From: a virus
Taxonomy: Duplodnaviria; Caudoviricetes
Virus record (IMG/VR): IMGVR_UViG_3300028025_000089
Reading direction: 5' to 3' (one strand)
Length of the DNA: 64,000 bases
Part shown: one piece after another, positions 45,663-55,546 of the stretch
How the letters are laid out: each line of letters begins with the position of its first letter
How positions within the stretch are numbered: position 1 is the stretch's first letter
The notes under the pieces: model-generated
What the model saw: the letters and a program-made list of their open reading frames with translations, nothing else
Database searches by the model: none
What the model was told of the DNA's origin: nothing
Position numbers and translations under genes: made by a program

Positions 45663-46289
45663 TTATATTTTTTTTGTTTCGCAAATTATGAAATGTTTGA
45701 CATTTCCTTCTTGATTTAAATCGTGAGTTTGATAATCCTGATACCAAATGTTTTCAATATCAAAATATTTGTTAATTAAATTTTTTATTTTATCTTCTGT
45801 TATGTAAAAAGTCTTATGCCATTTCATTGATGCTCGACTTTTTTCTTGATCGTATGGTGTTGAAAATAACAACTTACCCCCATCTTTAAGAGATTTATGA
45901 AAGTTATACATTAATTTATCAATATCGGATTCCTCAAAATGCTCCACAGTTTCAAACGAAACTATCATGTCAAATTTATTTTCAAAATCTATATCCAATA
46001 AATTTTTATTATAAAAAAACACTTTATTTTCATTACCATATCTTTCTTTAATCTCATTAATTGTAATTTCATCAATATCGACACCGTGAACTTCTCTACA
46101 ATTTTCAGACAACATCATACTACCATATCCCGATCCACAAGCCATATCGGCAACAATATAATCTTCTTTAATTAATTTTTTTGCCATTTCATACCTTTTA
46201 AAATGTGATTTTTGATACATATTGAAATTATTATAATTCATATCATAATAATTAATATCCATTCTTTCTCCATTATTTTCTAAATTCAT
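45663..46289 (-). CDS. class I SAM-dependent methyltransferase
   Basis: DMACGSGYG, GVDID, FDMIVSFETVEH, GGKLLFSTP. Confidence 0.88.
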   Translation of the reverse strand: MNLENNGERMDINYYDMNYNNFNMYQKSHFKRYEMAKKLIKEDYIVADMACGSGYGSMMLSENCREVHGVDIDEITINEIKERYGNENKVFFYNKNLLDIDFENKFDMIVSFETVEHFEESDIDKLMYNFHKSLKDGGKLLFSTPYDQEKSRASMKWHKTFYITEDKIKNLINKYFDIENIWYQDYQTHDLNQEGNVKHFIICETKKI

Positions 46290-46965
46290 AATTTTTATTT
46301 TTAGTTATGTTTATTTCGTCTTGTAAATTTTTAGTATATGTTTTACTTATTTGATTTGAGTGAGAGGTATTTGCAATTAAACAATCTTGTAAAACACAAG
46401 GAGGACCATATTTTTTATATAATAAAAAATAATAATCACAATCCATTAACATCGTTAAATTTTCGTCAAAAAAATCAATATCATTATTTAACATTGATAA
46501 TACTGATGGAGACCCTATGGTATTTCTACCTTCTATTATATTATCACTCCAAACAGGGGTAATAAAATTGTAAAAATTAACAGAATCGGTAGTATCACAA
46601 GAACCATTTACCAACCATTTTGTTGTTTCACTTGAAAATTGTTCGTCAATTAACTTCAATGAATTATTTTTAACAAAGAAATCATCTTGAAACATAATTT
46701 TTATTATCTCACCTTTGGCATGTTTTAAAGCAAAATTCAAATTAGCCGGACTATTTCCTCTGTTATTTTTATTTTTTAAATAATTTATATTTAAATCTTT
46801 GTGAGAGGATACGAGATCTTTTATAATGTCGTCGACACTATGGTCAGAAATAATAATTTCTAAATCTTTATAATCTTGATCTTTGATTGATAAAAGTAAT
46901 TGATTTAAAAAATAAGAACCTTGACCGTTAATTTCCCATGTGGGAATCACTATTGAAAATCTCAT
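46273..46965 (-). CDS. GT2 glycosyltransferase
   Basis: FSIVIPT, IIISDHS, IMFQDD. Confidence 0.85.
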   Translation of the reverse strand: MRFSIVIPTWEINGQGSYFLNQLLLSIKDQDYKDLEIIISDHSVDDIIKDLVSSHKDLNINYLKNKNNRGNSPANLNFALKHAKGEIIKIMFQDDFFVKNNSLKLIDEQFSSETTKWLVNGSCDTTDSVNFYNFITPVWSDNIIEGRNTIGSPSVLSMLNNDIDFFDENLTMLMDCDYYFLLYKKYGPPCVLQDCLIANTSHSNQISKTYTKNLQDEINITKNKNYEFRK

Positions 46966-47384
46966 GGGTTATTTTTTATAAAAACTTTATCTAATGACTG
47001 ACCCTCATATGGACCCGTTTTATATTCATAAACGATAGTATCATCCTCAAGTATTTCATATGTATGTCCACCATATAAAGTAAAACTTGCATCTCCTGAG
47101 TAAAGTATTGGGGTTGCTATAATTTGATCGTCAATGTCATAAAATATACATCTAACACTACCTTTAATAACAATCCAAGATTCTTGAGCTATTTGTTCAG
47201 TATAATGTCTATCTTTAGTTATGTGTTTGTGTGGATTAAAGGTTTTACCATTTGGCATCTTTAAAGTTGCACATTGTATAAAATTATCTTCGGGAACTAC
47301 CTCAGTTCTACCTTCAATTTCATCTAAACGATTGATTATATGTAGTAATTTACTTGGATCGACCTTTGAGTATATTTTTTCCAT
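46962..47384 (-). CDS. cupin-fold sugar isomerase-like protein (WbuC-like)
   Basis: PHKH...QESWIVIKG...GGH.YE..E..GPY. Confidence 0.7.
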   Translation of the reverse strand: MEKIYSKVDPSKLLHIINRLDEIEGRTEVVPEDNFIQCATLKMPNGKTFNPHKHITKDRHYTEQIAQESWIVIKGSVRCIFYDIDDQIIATPILYSGDASFTLYGGHTYEILEDDTIVYEYKTGPYEGQSLDKVFIKNNP

Positions 47385-47387
47385 TTT

Positions 47388-48191
47388 TTATTTATTTAAG
47401 ATTATCCATTCTGACGGACATAAAGTTGATGTGTTTAAGTGTGCGTTACCAGGACCAAACCACCTATTTGTTGTGATTATTTTCTTTTCAATATTTTGGT
47501 TTAAATACGCTCCCCACCAACTAAATGTGCTATTACAAATTATATTATTTTTACATAAACTCATTGTATATAAATCTAACCAATCTTTACCTGAAGTGTA
47601 GAAAATTTTATTAGGTAAATAATCAAACATATTTTTAACCCCATCTAAATCATCACTAAAGATTAAAAAAGTATTATCTCTACCGATAATTTCTGTCGCT
47701 TCTTTATAATATTCTTCGGTTTGTTGAGGATGTTTATTTGGATATTTAAGATAATCCCCCCTTCTTATATGAATAGAAGTGTAATTTCTAATTTCGGGTA
47801 AATTTTTTAATATTTCATTTTTAATTTCATCAGTTGGTTTAAAAATATCTAAGATAGTTTGTTTATTATTGATAAAATATTTTTCGCTTTGGAAGTATCC
47901 GTCTAACAATAAATTAGTTCCTTTGATATAATTGATATTTTGATGATTAAATTGTCTTTCAGTGTAAACTGAAAAACTTTCAGGTAATTTATCAATAAAA
48001 TTAATATTTCTTAAAATATTGTTGGCATAATTTTCATAATTTGGATCTATTGGTCTTATGAATTCTTTTGAAAAAATATAATCTACATTATTATCAATTG
48101 CCATACTAATTGACGCTGCAAGTTTAAATATTACATTTCCTAACCCTCCTCTGTGGTTAGTTGTGATAAAATTTTTCATTTTATTAACCAT
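47388..48191 (-). CDS. alpha-1,2-fucosyltransferase-like protein (GT11)
   Basis: GGLGN.IF, GYFQSEKYF, SIHIRRGDY, IFSDD, NSTFSWWGAYL. Confidence 0.9.
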   Translation of the reverse strand: MVNKMKNFITTNHRGGLGNVIFKLAASISMAIDNNVDYIFSKEFIRPIDPNYENYANNILRNINFIDKLPESFSVYTERQFNHQNINYIKGTNLLLDGYFQSEKYFINNKQTILDIFKPTDEIKNEILKNLPEIRNYTSIHIRRGDYLKYPNKHPQQTEEYYKEATEIIGRDNTFLIFSDDLDGVKNMFDYLPNKIFYTSGKDWLDLYTMSLCKNNIICNSTFSWWGAYLNQNIEKKIITTNRWFGPGNAHLNTSTLCPSEWIILNK

Positions 48192-48805
48192 TTATAATCA
48201 GTTATTTTATTTTCTATATCACTATAACTAACTCGTTGAGTTGCGATCATGGGATAGAACGAATAAACATTTAATTTTTTCTGTAGTTCGGAATAAATTA
48301 CATCAAGAGCGTTATCACACTTTTTTAACCTCTCTAATATTTGTTTAAATGTTTTTTTATTTATTGCAACACAATGAGTGCTGAAAGTGCTATGTAATTT
48401 ACAAACTTTATCATTGATAATGTTTGGTGGTTTTACTCCCATATGAGTATTATGATTTCCACCAAAATATAACATATCCCAATCTTCAGGTAGTAAGTCA
48501 AAGAATGTGTCCATATTTTTAACTTGATCTGTAAATTCAACATCATCTTCTAAGATTAATATTGAATTATAGTTATTTTTAATTGATTCTTCTAGTATTT
48601 TTATATTGGTTAATACTAATGCCAATCTTGATGGTGTAACAAATCCATTTGAGTTTTGCGGTAATTCTTTACCATCAACCGCTTTAAACCTTTCAATTCC
48701 AGTAAGATCGTTTTTATTGAATTCGATAAGACATTCTTCCCATCTATCAAATCTTCTGTCGAGGTTAATGCAAAATGTTTTGTCAAAAAAATCAGTTATC
48801 TTCAT
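48176..48805 (-). CDS. GT25 glycosyltransferase
   Basis: CINLDRR.DR, A.DG, LILEDD, WDMLYFG. Confidence 0.85.
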   Translation of the reverse strand: MKITDFFDKTFCINLDRRFDRWEECLIEFNKNDLTGIERFKAVDGKELPQNSNGFVTPSRLALVLTNIKILEESIKNNYNSILILEDDVEFTDQVKNMDTFFDLLPEDWDMLYFGGNHNTHMGVKPPNIINDKVCKLHSTFSTHCVAINKKTFKQILERLKKCDNALDVIYSELQKKLNVYSFYPMIATQRVSYSDIENKITDYKWLIK

Positions 48806-50183
48806 TTTTAAATATATTATTTTTAGACATTATATAATCATATAATTCTTTTGTATTTTTATTTGCCTCAGTTGATACAGTCCCATCTTTTTCGTGGTGA
48901 AAATATGTAAATAGAGGTTTTGGTATTCTTTTACCAATATATCCTTTATTCATCATTTTAATCCATAGATCATAATCTTCCCATCCTTTCATTTCTTCAT
49001 CATATCCTCCACACATATCAAAAGCTTCCCTACTGAACATAGAGCAATTAACAATAAACGGTCCTTGTATTAACCTATCTTTAGACCATTCAGGTCTTTT
49101 TTCAATTCCGGTCATTTGACCGACATGGTTTGTATCACAATATATTGGACTTAAATTTTTATTCTTTTTGATTAAATTTATACAGGTCTGTATATAATCA
49201 GGTGAAATCATATCGTCCGAATCTAAAGGTAATATATATTCACCTGAAGAATGTTTAATTCCATTGTTTCTTGCTGATGACGGACCAGCATTTTTTTGAT
49301 GTATGATTTTAATATTTGGGTGATTAGATAAACTATTAAGTTTATTAATTACGTATTGATTTTGTGAACCATCATTTACAATTACTAACTCAATATTTTT
49401 ATATGTTGAATTGAATACCGACTCCAATGATTTTTGAAACATATTCCCATAATTGTGGATTGGCATAATTATAGAAACTATTGGTTGTTTTTTGTTGTAA
49501 TCAAAAATAGGTAAATCATTTTCAACTATTTGTGGTAAATTATCTTTAAAAGATTCAACAAATTTAATTCTATTTTGTTCCCATTGTTGGTTGGTTTGAC
49601 CAATTGATAAATGAGTAATAGGAATGTTTGATACAACACCAATCTTAACTCCATCTAAATAATTTTCGAATGTAAAAGTAGTGTCGTAAAAGTGAAACCC
49701 ATTGACAATTTCATTAAAGTTTTTTGATATTTTATTTTTTTGTATCATCATAAAAACACCATCAACAATTATAGATTGTAAAACTTTATTTCCAAAAGGT
49801 TCGTTATATTTTGATAACCATTTTTTACCGTTATGTTGATGGTATACTTGACCAATCATTTCGGATGAAATTTCCCACCACATACCTGATTCAGGATAAT
49901 ATCTTGTACCAGCAACCCCCAAAATACCGTATTCAGGTCTTTTTTGGAAATGTTCCATAACTCTTTTTCCCCAATATTTTTTCTCAAAAAGAATATCATC
50001 ATGACATAAAACAACGATGTTATTACTACTTTCATTTAATATTTCATTATAAACAACTGATAATGATTTTTCTCCATTATTAATTTTTTGAATGATCTCA
50101 ACATCATCAATACCACAAGTATCTTTAACCTGTTTTATAAAATTAGGTTTTGGAGTTTTTGTGCTAAACCCTACTGTAATCAT
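48792..50183 (-). CDS. two-domain GT2 glycosyltransferase
   Basis: N-terminal HDDI...FHFYD domain; C-terminal VSIIMP..N, VNDGS, LDSDD, EDYDLW domain. Confidence 0.88.
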   Translation of the reverse strand: MITVGFSTKTPKPNFIKQVKDTCGIDDVEIIQKINNGEKSLSVVYNEILNESSNNIVVLCHDDILFEKKYWGKRVMEHFQKRPEYGILGVAGTRYYPESGMWWEISSEMIGQVYHQHNGKKWLSKYNEPFGNKVLQSIIVDGVFMMIQKNKISKNFNEIVNGFHFYDTTFTFENYLDGVKIGVVSNIPITHLSIGQTNQQWEQNRIKFVESFKDNLPQIVENDLPIFDYNKKQPIVSIIMPIHNYGNMFQKSLESVFNSTYKNIELVIVNDGSQNQYVINKLNSLSNHPNIKIIHQKNAGPSSARNNGIKHSSGEYILPLDSDDMISPDYIQTCINLIKKNKNLSPIYCDTNHVGQMTGIEKRPEWSKDRLIQGPFIVNCSMFSREAFDMCGGYDEEMKGWEDYDLWIKMMNKGYIGKRIPKPLFTYFHHEKDGTVSTEANKNTKELYDYIMSKNNIFKNEDN

Positions 50184-50206
50184 ACTTTTTTATTTAATTT
50201 TGTTAT

Positions 50207-50809
50207 TTATATCCCTGTCGACCCAAACCCGTTATCGTTTCTATCTTTATTTCCCAAATCATTTTTTTCTATTAATTTGACCCACTTTCCTGAAACTACA
50301 GGACAAAGAACTGCTTGTGCGATTTTTTGACCTTTTTCTATTTTTACTTTTTCTCTTGTGGTGTTAAATAAAATGATTTGTATTTCACCTAAATAACCTT
50401 GATCTACAGTGCCAGGTGAGTTTAATACCATAAGACCTTGTTTTAAGGCCAAACCACTTTTTGATCTTACTTGAATTTCATAACCTTCTGGTATATCAAA
50501 ATGTAATCCTGTTGATACTAATTGTCTATCAAGGGAATGTATCCATACGTCTTCGGTTGAATATAGATCAAACCCTGAATCACTAATATATGCGTATTTT
50601 GGATCTACTGCGTTTTCTTTTGTTTTCTTATATGAAAGATCAATAGTTGGTATATATTCTTGAATCTCTTTTTCTAATTCAGGTATATCTAACCCTAATG
50701 TTTCCATAATGGCATTATAATCAACATCATTATTTTCATCATCTAATGAATCCAAAAATTTTAACATGTCTTGTATTTCTTCTTCAGAAACATTATTAAA
50801 ATTACTCAT
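50207..50809 (-). CDS. dut: trimeric dUTPase with an acidic N-terminal extension
   Basis: DSGFDL, RSKSGLA, GTVDQGYLGEI, AQAV, R..NGFGSTG. Confidence 0.95.
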   Translation of the reverse strand: MSNFNNVSEEEIQDMLKFLDSLDDENNDVDYNAIMETLGLDIPELEKEIQEYIPTIDLSYKKTKENAVDPKYAYISDSGFDLYSTEDVWIHSLDRQLVSTGLHFDIPEGYEIQVRSKSGLALKQGLMVLNSPGTVDQGYLGEIQIILFNTTREKVKIEKGQKIAQAVLCPVVSGKWVKLIEKNDLGNKDRNDNGFGSTGI

Positions 50810-51534
50810 TATTTTAAACTTTTTAATTTCATTATTGCGTCAATCAAAACCTCAACATCTCTTTCACAATAGTCAGATATTTCTTTTAATCTGTTGTGAC
50901 TCCAATACGCTTCGTGAACCATTCCACCATTTACTTCACCATCTTTTGGTGTTGGAATATCCAAACATGCACACATCAAATCTAAAGAACCAATTGCAGT
51001 ATATGCACCGTATTGCCAAATTTCTTTTGTGTCAATTGCTTTAACTTCCCAAGGTTTTGTATCGTATGACGGTAAAAGTTTAGATGGCATAATACCATTA
51101 ATAATCATTCTTTTTGCCAACATCGGAATGTCAAAGTTTTTTAGATTATGACCACACAGATAAAAATCTAATTTGTGACATCTGTTTAAAAGATCTCTAA
51201 CCTCTGTTAGTAATTTGGTTTCATCATCACCCGAGAATGTTTGCATTTTTGTTTGTCCGTTGTCTAAAACAAATGCCATGGATACACAAACAATCTTGGC
51301 AAACTCAGGAACAAGTGCCGCTCTTTTTCTAAACACTATGTCCATATGTTCTTCAGTTGTTCTATCTTCACCAAATTCTTTATCTTCGGGGAATCTTTTT
51401 AAAAACCAATCAAAATATTTGTCAAATTGTTCGGCAACTCTTGGGTTAGTTTTAATACATGATTGATAGTCAGCACACCCCCCAACGGTCTCAATATCTA
51501 AAAATAAAATTTTTGTAAGTGGTATATTAATCAT
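50809..51534 (-). CDS. DEDDy 3'-5' exonuclease (PolB-exo-like)
   Basis: FLDIET, HN.KNFDIP, YCERDV. Confidence 0.85.
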   Translation of the reverse strand: MINIPLTKILFLDIETVGGCADYQSCIKTNPRVAEQFDKYFDWFLKRFPEDKEFGEDRTTEEHMDIVFRKRAALVPEFAKIVCVSMAFVLDNGQTKMQTFSGDDETKLLTEVRDLLNRCHKLDFYLCGHNLKNFDIPMLAKRMIINGIMPSKLLPSYDTKPWEVKAIDTKEIWQYGAYTAIGSLDLMCACLDIPTPKDGEVNGGMVHEAYWSHNRLKEISDYCERDVEVLIDAIMKLKSLK

Positions 51535-51537
51535 TTT

Positions 51538-52749
51538 TTATTTAATTAAAGATTTGTAAAATTCTGCTCTTGTTTTTGTCACGACATTAAGATCATATCT
51601 GTCTTTTACCGTTTCATAAAGTCTTTCACCAAGATCGGTAATCATATTTGGATTGTCAACTAACTTTTTAACGTGTTTTGCCCAATCACTATGATTTTTA
51701 ACCTCATCAACAAGAAGAGCGTTTCCATCTGTAAATTGACCATTTTTAACAGCACTTTTCAAATCTATGGTGTAAGGACCTACGTTTGATGCAATAAGTG
51801 CCTTCTTATAAAATCCTGCCTCAATTACTTTTAATTGAGATTTCATTCTATTAAAAATGTGGTTTTTAATTGGTGCTAATGAAATGTCAAATTTAGAATA
51901 ATTTCTTGCGTAACTATCGACAGGTCTTGTCCATACACGAACATAATTTTCATTTTCAATTGCGGGGTATTCACCTTCCTCAAATTTGTCTAAAAACAAC
52001 TTATATTCAGGTGTGATAATTTTATAATTGTTTGTAAAAATTTCCTCATATCTAACCCAAACCGTTTCTTGTGGTTTAATTGGTCTTTGTGTTTGTTGTC
52101 CTGTTTCTTTATTAATTTCAGTAACAGTTCCACGAGTATCAAACCCACAAACATAGTATTGTAATTTATCTTGAATTGGTGATAATTTAGAAACCATGCC
52201 ATCTAACAATTTCAAATCATATAAATGTGATGATCCTCCTAACCACCCAACTCTAATTTTATCAGAAGGTAATGTTGGTTCATTGAACTGTGGTTCATTA
52301 GGGTCAATTGCGTTTGGTAATACCAAAACATTTTTATTGAACTTTCTAATCTCGTTGGCGAACAATTCGGTTGTTGTTGTTACATAATCCGCAGCCTTAA
52401 GGTTCTCAACAATTTTTGTGTGAATTTTATTTTCAATAATCAACTGATGAATAGGGTGTTCTTTTGTTGGTAACCAATAATCATCAATATCGGCAATTAC
52501 AATAATACCCAAACTTTGAAGACTTTTGATTAACATTGGGCAATTTTCGATTGGTCCTACACTTCTATGAAAATGAACAATTTGATATTTTTTCCAAAAG
52601 TTTAAATCATTAATTCTTGGTTGATATTCAATATCAACATGAAAATCATTTGGATATAGATTTTGGAGTTTGATGTGTGGATCCACACTTCTGAATCTAC
52701 CTACGCCTGACGTATCGCTAGGTAAAACTAAAACATTAATTTTTGACAT
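51538..52749 (-). CDS. GT-B (GT4-like) glycosyltransferase
   Basis: DIDDYW, GW.GGSSH, DISLAP, KSQLKVIEAG..KKALIAS. Confidence 0.8.
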   Translation of the reverse strand: MSKINVLVLPSDTSGVGRFRSVDPHIKLQNLYPNDFHVDIEYQPRINDLNFWKKYQIVHFHRSVGPIENCPMLIKSLQSLGIIVIADIDDYWLPTKEHPIHQLIIENKIHTKIVENLKAADYVTTTTELFANEIRKFNKNVLVLPNAIDPNEPQFNEPTLPSDKIRVGWLGGSSHLYDLKLLDGMVSKLSPIQDKLQYYVCGFDTRGTVTEINKETGQQTQRPIKPQETVWVRYEEIFTNNYKIITPEYKLFLDKFEEGEYPAIENENYVRVWTRPVDSYARNYSKFDISLAPIKNHIFNRMKSQLKVIEAGFYKKALIASNVGPYTIDLKSAVKNGQFTDGNALLVDEVKNHSDWAKHVKKLVDNPNMITDLGERLYETVKDRYDLNVVTKTRAEFYKSLIK

Positions 52750-52800
52750 GTATTTTTATTTTAGATAAAATATAATCAAAAATATAACTATAATCAATAA

Positions 52801-52827
52801 AAAAACCCACCTTAATAGATGGGTTTT
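52801..52827 (-). terminator. intrinsic terminator
   Basis: AAAACCCA...TGGGTTTT inverted repeat after the ORF ending at 52848. Confidence 0.7.
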
Positions 52828-52847
52828 AAAAATTCATAAGCTAAAAA

Positions 52848-53462
52848 TTATTTGGCGATTTTTTTAATCTTAACAACTTTACCCTCAAATAAATGTTGTC
52901 CTACTCTAAATTTGAACATTTCGTTACTTTTTGATTCTGACTCAACTAACAATCCATTTTCGTGTAAAACTTCTTCCATAGTTTCTCTAACTATACTTCT
53001 TATATCATCAGCACTTAAAGAACTTTGTGTTTGTTGTGTTGGTATTTGTTGTCTTTTATTTTCACTAATTGGTTGTTGATTAGATTTTTTGTTCATCAAT
53101 CTTGACGCCTTCTCAACTAATTCATCACTTAATACCGCTCCTGAAGCCATACCCATAGTTGGTTGTTGAATTGGGTGCTCCATCATTAATCTTTTAATTT
53201 CATCAGGAAGTTTTGAATTAGCAATTCTATCTCCAATTGGTGCGTTTGAGTTAGATTGAGTAACAGGTCTTTGGGTTTCTTGCAAAAATTCTTGTGGAAT
53301 ATTATATTGTGCCGGAATTGCTTCGTAATTTTCCACCATAGGTGAAGAATAACCATCGTTAGATGATACGTTTCTTGCGTTACCTCGACCAATGTCGTTA
53401 TGTTTATCCATGATCTTTTTTGAGACCATCAACTTTTGCATTAAATCTTGTTCTGAATTCAT
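52848..53462 (-). CDS. conserved hypothetical protein
   Basis: 204 aa, Gln/Pro-rich linker. Confidence 0.7.
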   Translation of the reverse strand: MNSEQDLMQKLMVSKKIMDKHNDIGRGNARNVSSNDGYSSPMVENYEAIPAQYNIPQEFLQETQRPVTQSNSNAPIGDRIANSKLPDEIKRLMMEHPIQQPTMGMASGAVLSDELVEKASRLMNKKSNQQPISENKRQQIPTQQTQSSLSADDIRSIVRETMEEVLHENGLLVESESKSNEMFKFRVGQHLFEGKVVKIKKIAK

Positions 53463-53475
53463 ATATGTTTAATAT

Positions 53476-53856
53476 TTAAAAAACTGCATTTATAAACATC
53501 CTTTCCATACTTCTATCACCATTAGGGTTATAGTTAGGTCTTGGTGTGTCAAACGTTTCTTGAGTTGGTCTTATAAAGTTAATTTTATCAACTCTAAAAA
53601 ATCTCCAACTTGGCAATGGTTTTTTTCCTAAATAAGCCCTGTGTGAAGCTCCTTCTCTATCCCATGCCCTTAAAACAGCATTACCCTTTTTACTTAAACC
53701 AAAGGCTACGGGTTCAATAACTCTTAATCCTTTACCACCTGGTTCATCACCCTCATAATAGATAACACAAACCCTTCTATCTCTAATAGCATTATAAATT
53801 TGGTCTCTAGATGCTACTTCCAATATAAGTTGATTAAATGTGTTGTAAAGTTTCAT
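53476..53856 (-). CDS. stand-alone WYL-like domain protein
   Basis: I.Y......R.IEP.A.G.....LRAW.........WRFFRVDKI. Confidence 0.7.
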   Translation of the reverse strand: MKLYNTFNQLILEVASRDQIYNAIRDRRVCVIYYEGDEPGGKGLRVIEPVAFGLSKKGNAVLRAWDREGASHRAYLGKKPLPSWRFFRVDKINFIRPTQETFDTPRPNYNPNGDRSMERMFINAVF

Positions 53857-54140
53857 TATGCTGAAGGTGTTGTATAAGGTTTGTCAGGTTGATATTCGTT
53901 AATTTTAATTTCATTTTTTCTTTCAATAATGTCAATTGAAGATCCTCCGTTTACCGTATCTAAAAATACACCAGTCCCTTTACCAAATTCATCACCATCG
54001 GCAATCGCATCAGGATTTGTTGCTGAATACGGATTTACAGTTTTATAGTCATTTTTAACTATCAAACTTTTTCTTTGTAAGTCTGCAATTGCTGTCAACT
54101 CATTATTTGGTTGACTAAAATCTAATCTTTCTGTTTGCAT
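53856..54140 (-). CDS. small hypothetical protein
   Basis: 94 aa, coupled to neighbours. Confidence 0.65.
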   Translation of the reverse strand: MQTERLDFSQPNNELTAIADLQRKSLIVKNDYKTVNPYSATNPDAIADGDEFGKGTGVFLDTVNGGSSIDIIERKNEIKINEYQPDKPYTTPSA

Positions 54141-54142
54141 GA

Positions 54143-54613
54143 TTAAATTATTTTTTTAATTAAATCGTTTATTCTGTTTAGATCTTCTTTGATTCTAACA
54201 TCTTGTGTAAAGGTGCTATGATCCTCTGAAGGTCTAACCATATCTGCGTATGGACCTAAATCATTAACCAATTTAGAATCAATTGGGTCCGGCATATATT
54301 CATATTCCATCTCTTTAGAGAATGAATCGTTATTTCTTAATTGTTGGATTGTAGTTTCAGCCCAATTTTTCATATAGTCAGCACCATTTAAAATAAAAGG
54401 GGCGTCCGTTCCATCACCTTCATAATTATCAAACCAATTTTTTATTCTACCTAATTGTTGGTATGTAACATATCCACTATTTCTTAACTCCTCATTTCGT
54501 TTGTGACCTTCAATCGAAGAATCTGAATTGGGAATCTCGTCAAAACAAGTTTGAAGATATTCAACCATTTCTTTTGGTAATGGAATTGTTTTATTATATA
54601 AATTACTATTCAC
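54143..54613 (-). CDS. hypothetical protein
   Basis: 156 aa; C-terminus IKEDLNRINDLIKKII. Confidence 0.65.
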   Translation of the reverse strand: MNSNLYNKTIPLPKEMVEYLQTCFDEIPNSDSSIEGHKRNEELRNSGYVTYQQLGRIKNWFDNYEGDGTDAPFILNGADYMKNWAETTIQQLRNNDSFSKEMEYEYMPDPIDSKLVNDLGPYADMVRPSEDHSTFTQDVRIKEDLNRINDLIKKII

Positions 54614-55493
54614 CTTGTTTTAAATGTTTTACTAACTTATCAACGCTTATATTTTCTTTATCTGCCAATCTTTTAATTGCTTCAATATTTCTCATCAATA
54701 TTTTTGACATAACATCATTATCATCTTTTTCTTCTTTTCTTTTTTTAACAACTTCTTTGTCTTTTGATTTTTTTGATAACAATATTTCATCAATCATGTT
54801 TTCCATTTTTTCTTTTTCCAATTCAGAAAGTCTTCTTTTTGTGAAACATTTTTTACATCTACCTCGTTTTTTTTGATTTTTTAAATCTTTATCTAACTTT
54901 CTATCAAAACCAAATCTTTTAAGTCTTTCATTCCTTTCAAATGGATCTTTAACGTCTAACTTATTTTTCAATATTTTATTTGCAACATTATAAGTTGGTG
55001 CAAATTCAATTTCTTCCCAACCAAATGATTCAGATTGATCAACTTCAGATATTGTTTTTTCACTTTCTTCACTTTCACCGTAATAAATACGAATAAATGG
55101 CCATTGTTGTGCTCTACTCATACGAACCGTTTGGTCCATCGTTTTCTTTGCCAAATTCCTTTGGTTCAAAATTGGAATGCTAGATCCCATTAAAGATCCG
55201 TCAGGATTAACCAATTCGCCAATCTCACCATCAGGTTTTTGTTTTGATTTAGATTTTTTATCTAAAAGTTTATGAACATATTCTTTTGATAATTTTTTTC
55301 CAGATTTAATTATGTTTGAAATTATTTTTTGAATATCCTCAAAAACCTCTTTGTCAACAACAATCACCTCGTCATTTTCTCTTGATTCGGTTATTGTGTT
55401 TGATACTGAATAATATATTGCAATTTTATCGCCCTTATCTTTTAAATAAAAATAATAAGGAGAGTTAAAATATTCTGTGTTAAGTTTAATCAT
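54606..55493 (-). CDS. hypothetical protein
   Basis: 295 aa; late motif at 55508 on the minus strand. Confidence 0.7.
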   Translation of the reverse strand: MIKLNTEYFNSPYYFYLKDKGDKIAIYYSVSNTITESRENDEVIVVDKEVFEDIQKIISNIIKSGKKLSKEYVHKLLDKKSKSKQKPDGEIGELVNPDGSLMGSSIPILNQRNLAKKTMDQTVRMSRAQQWPFIRIYYGESEESEKTISEVDQSESFGWEEIEFAPTYNVANKILKNKLDVKDPFERNERLKRFGFDRKLDKDLKNQKKRGRCKKCFTKRRLSELEKEKMENMIDEILLSKKSKDKEVVKKRKEEKDDNDVMSKILMRNIEAIKRLADKENISVDKLVKHLKQGE

Positions 55494-55546
55494 GATTTAA
55501 CTTTCTTAATAAATACTTTGATCTGTGGTATTTATTATAAAAACAA

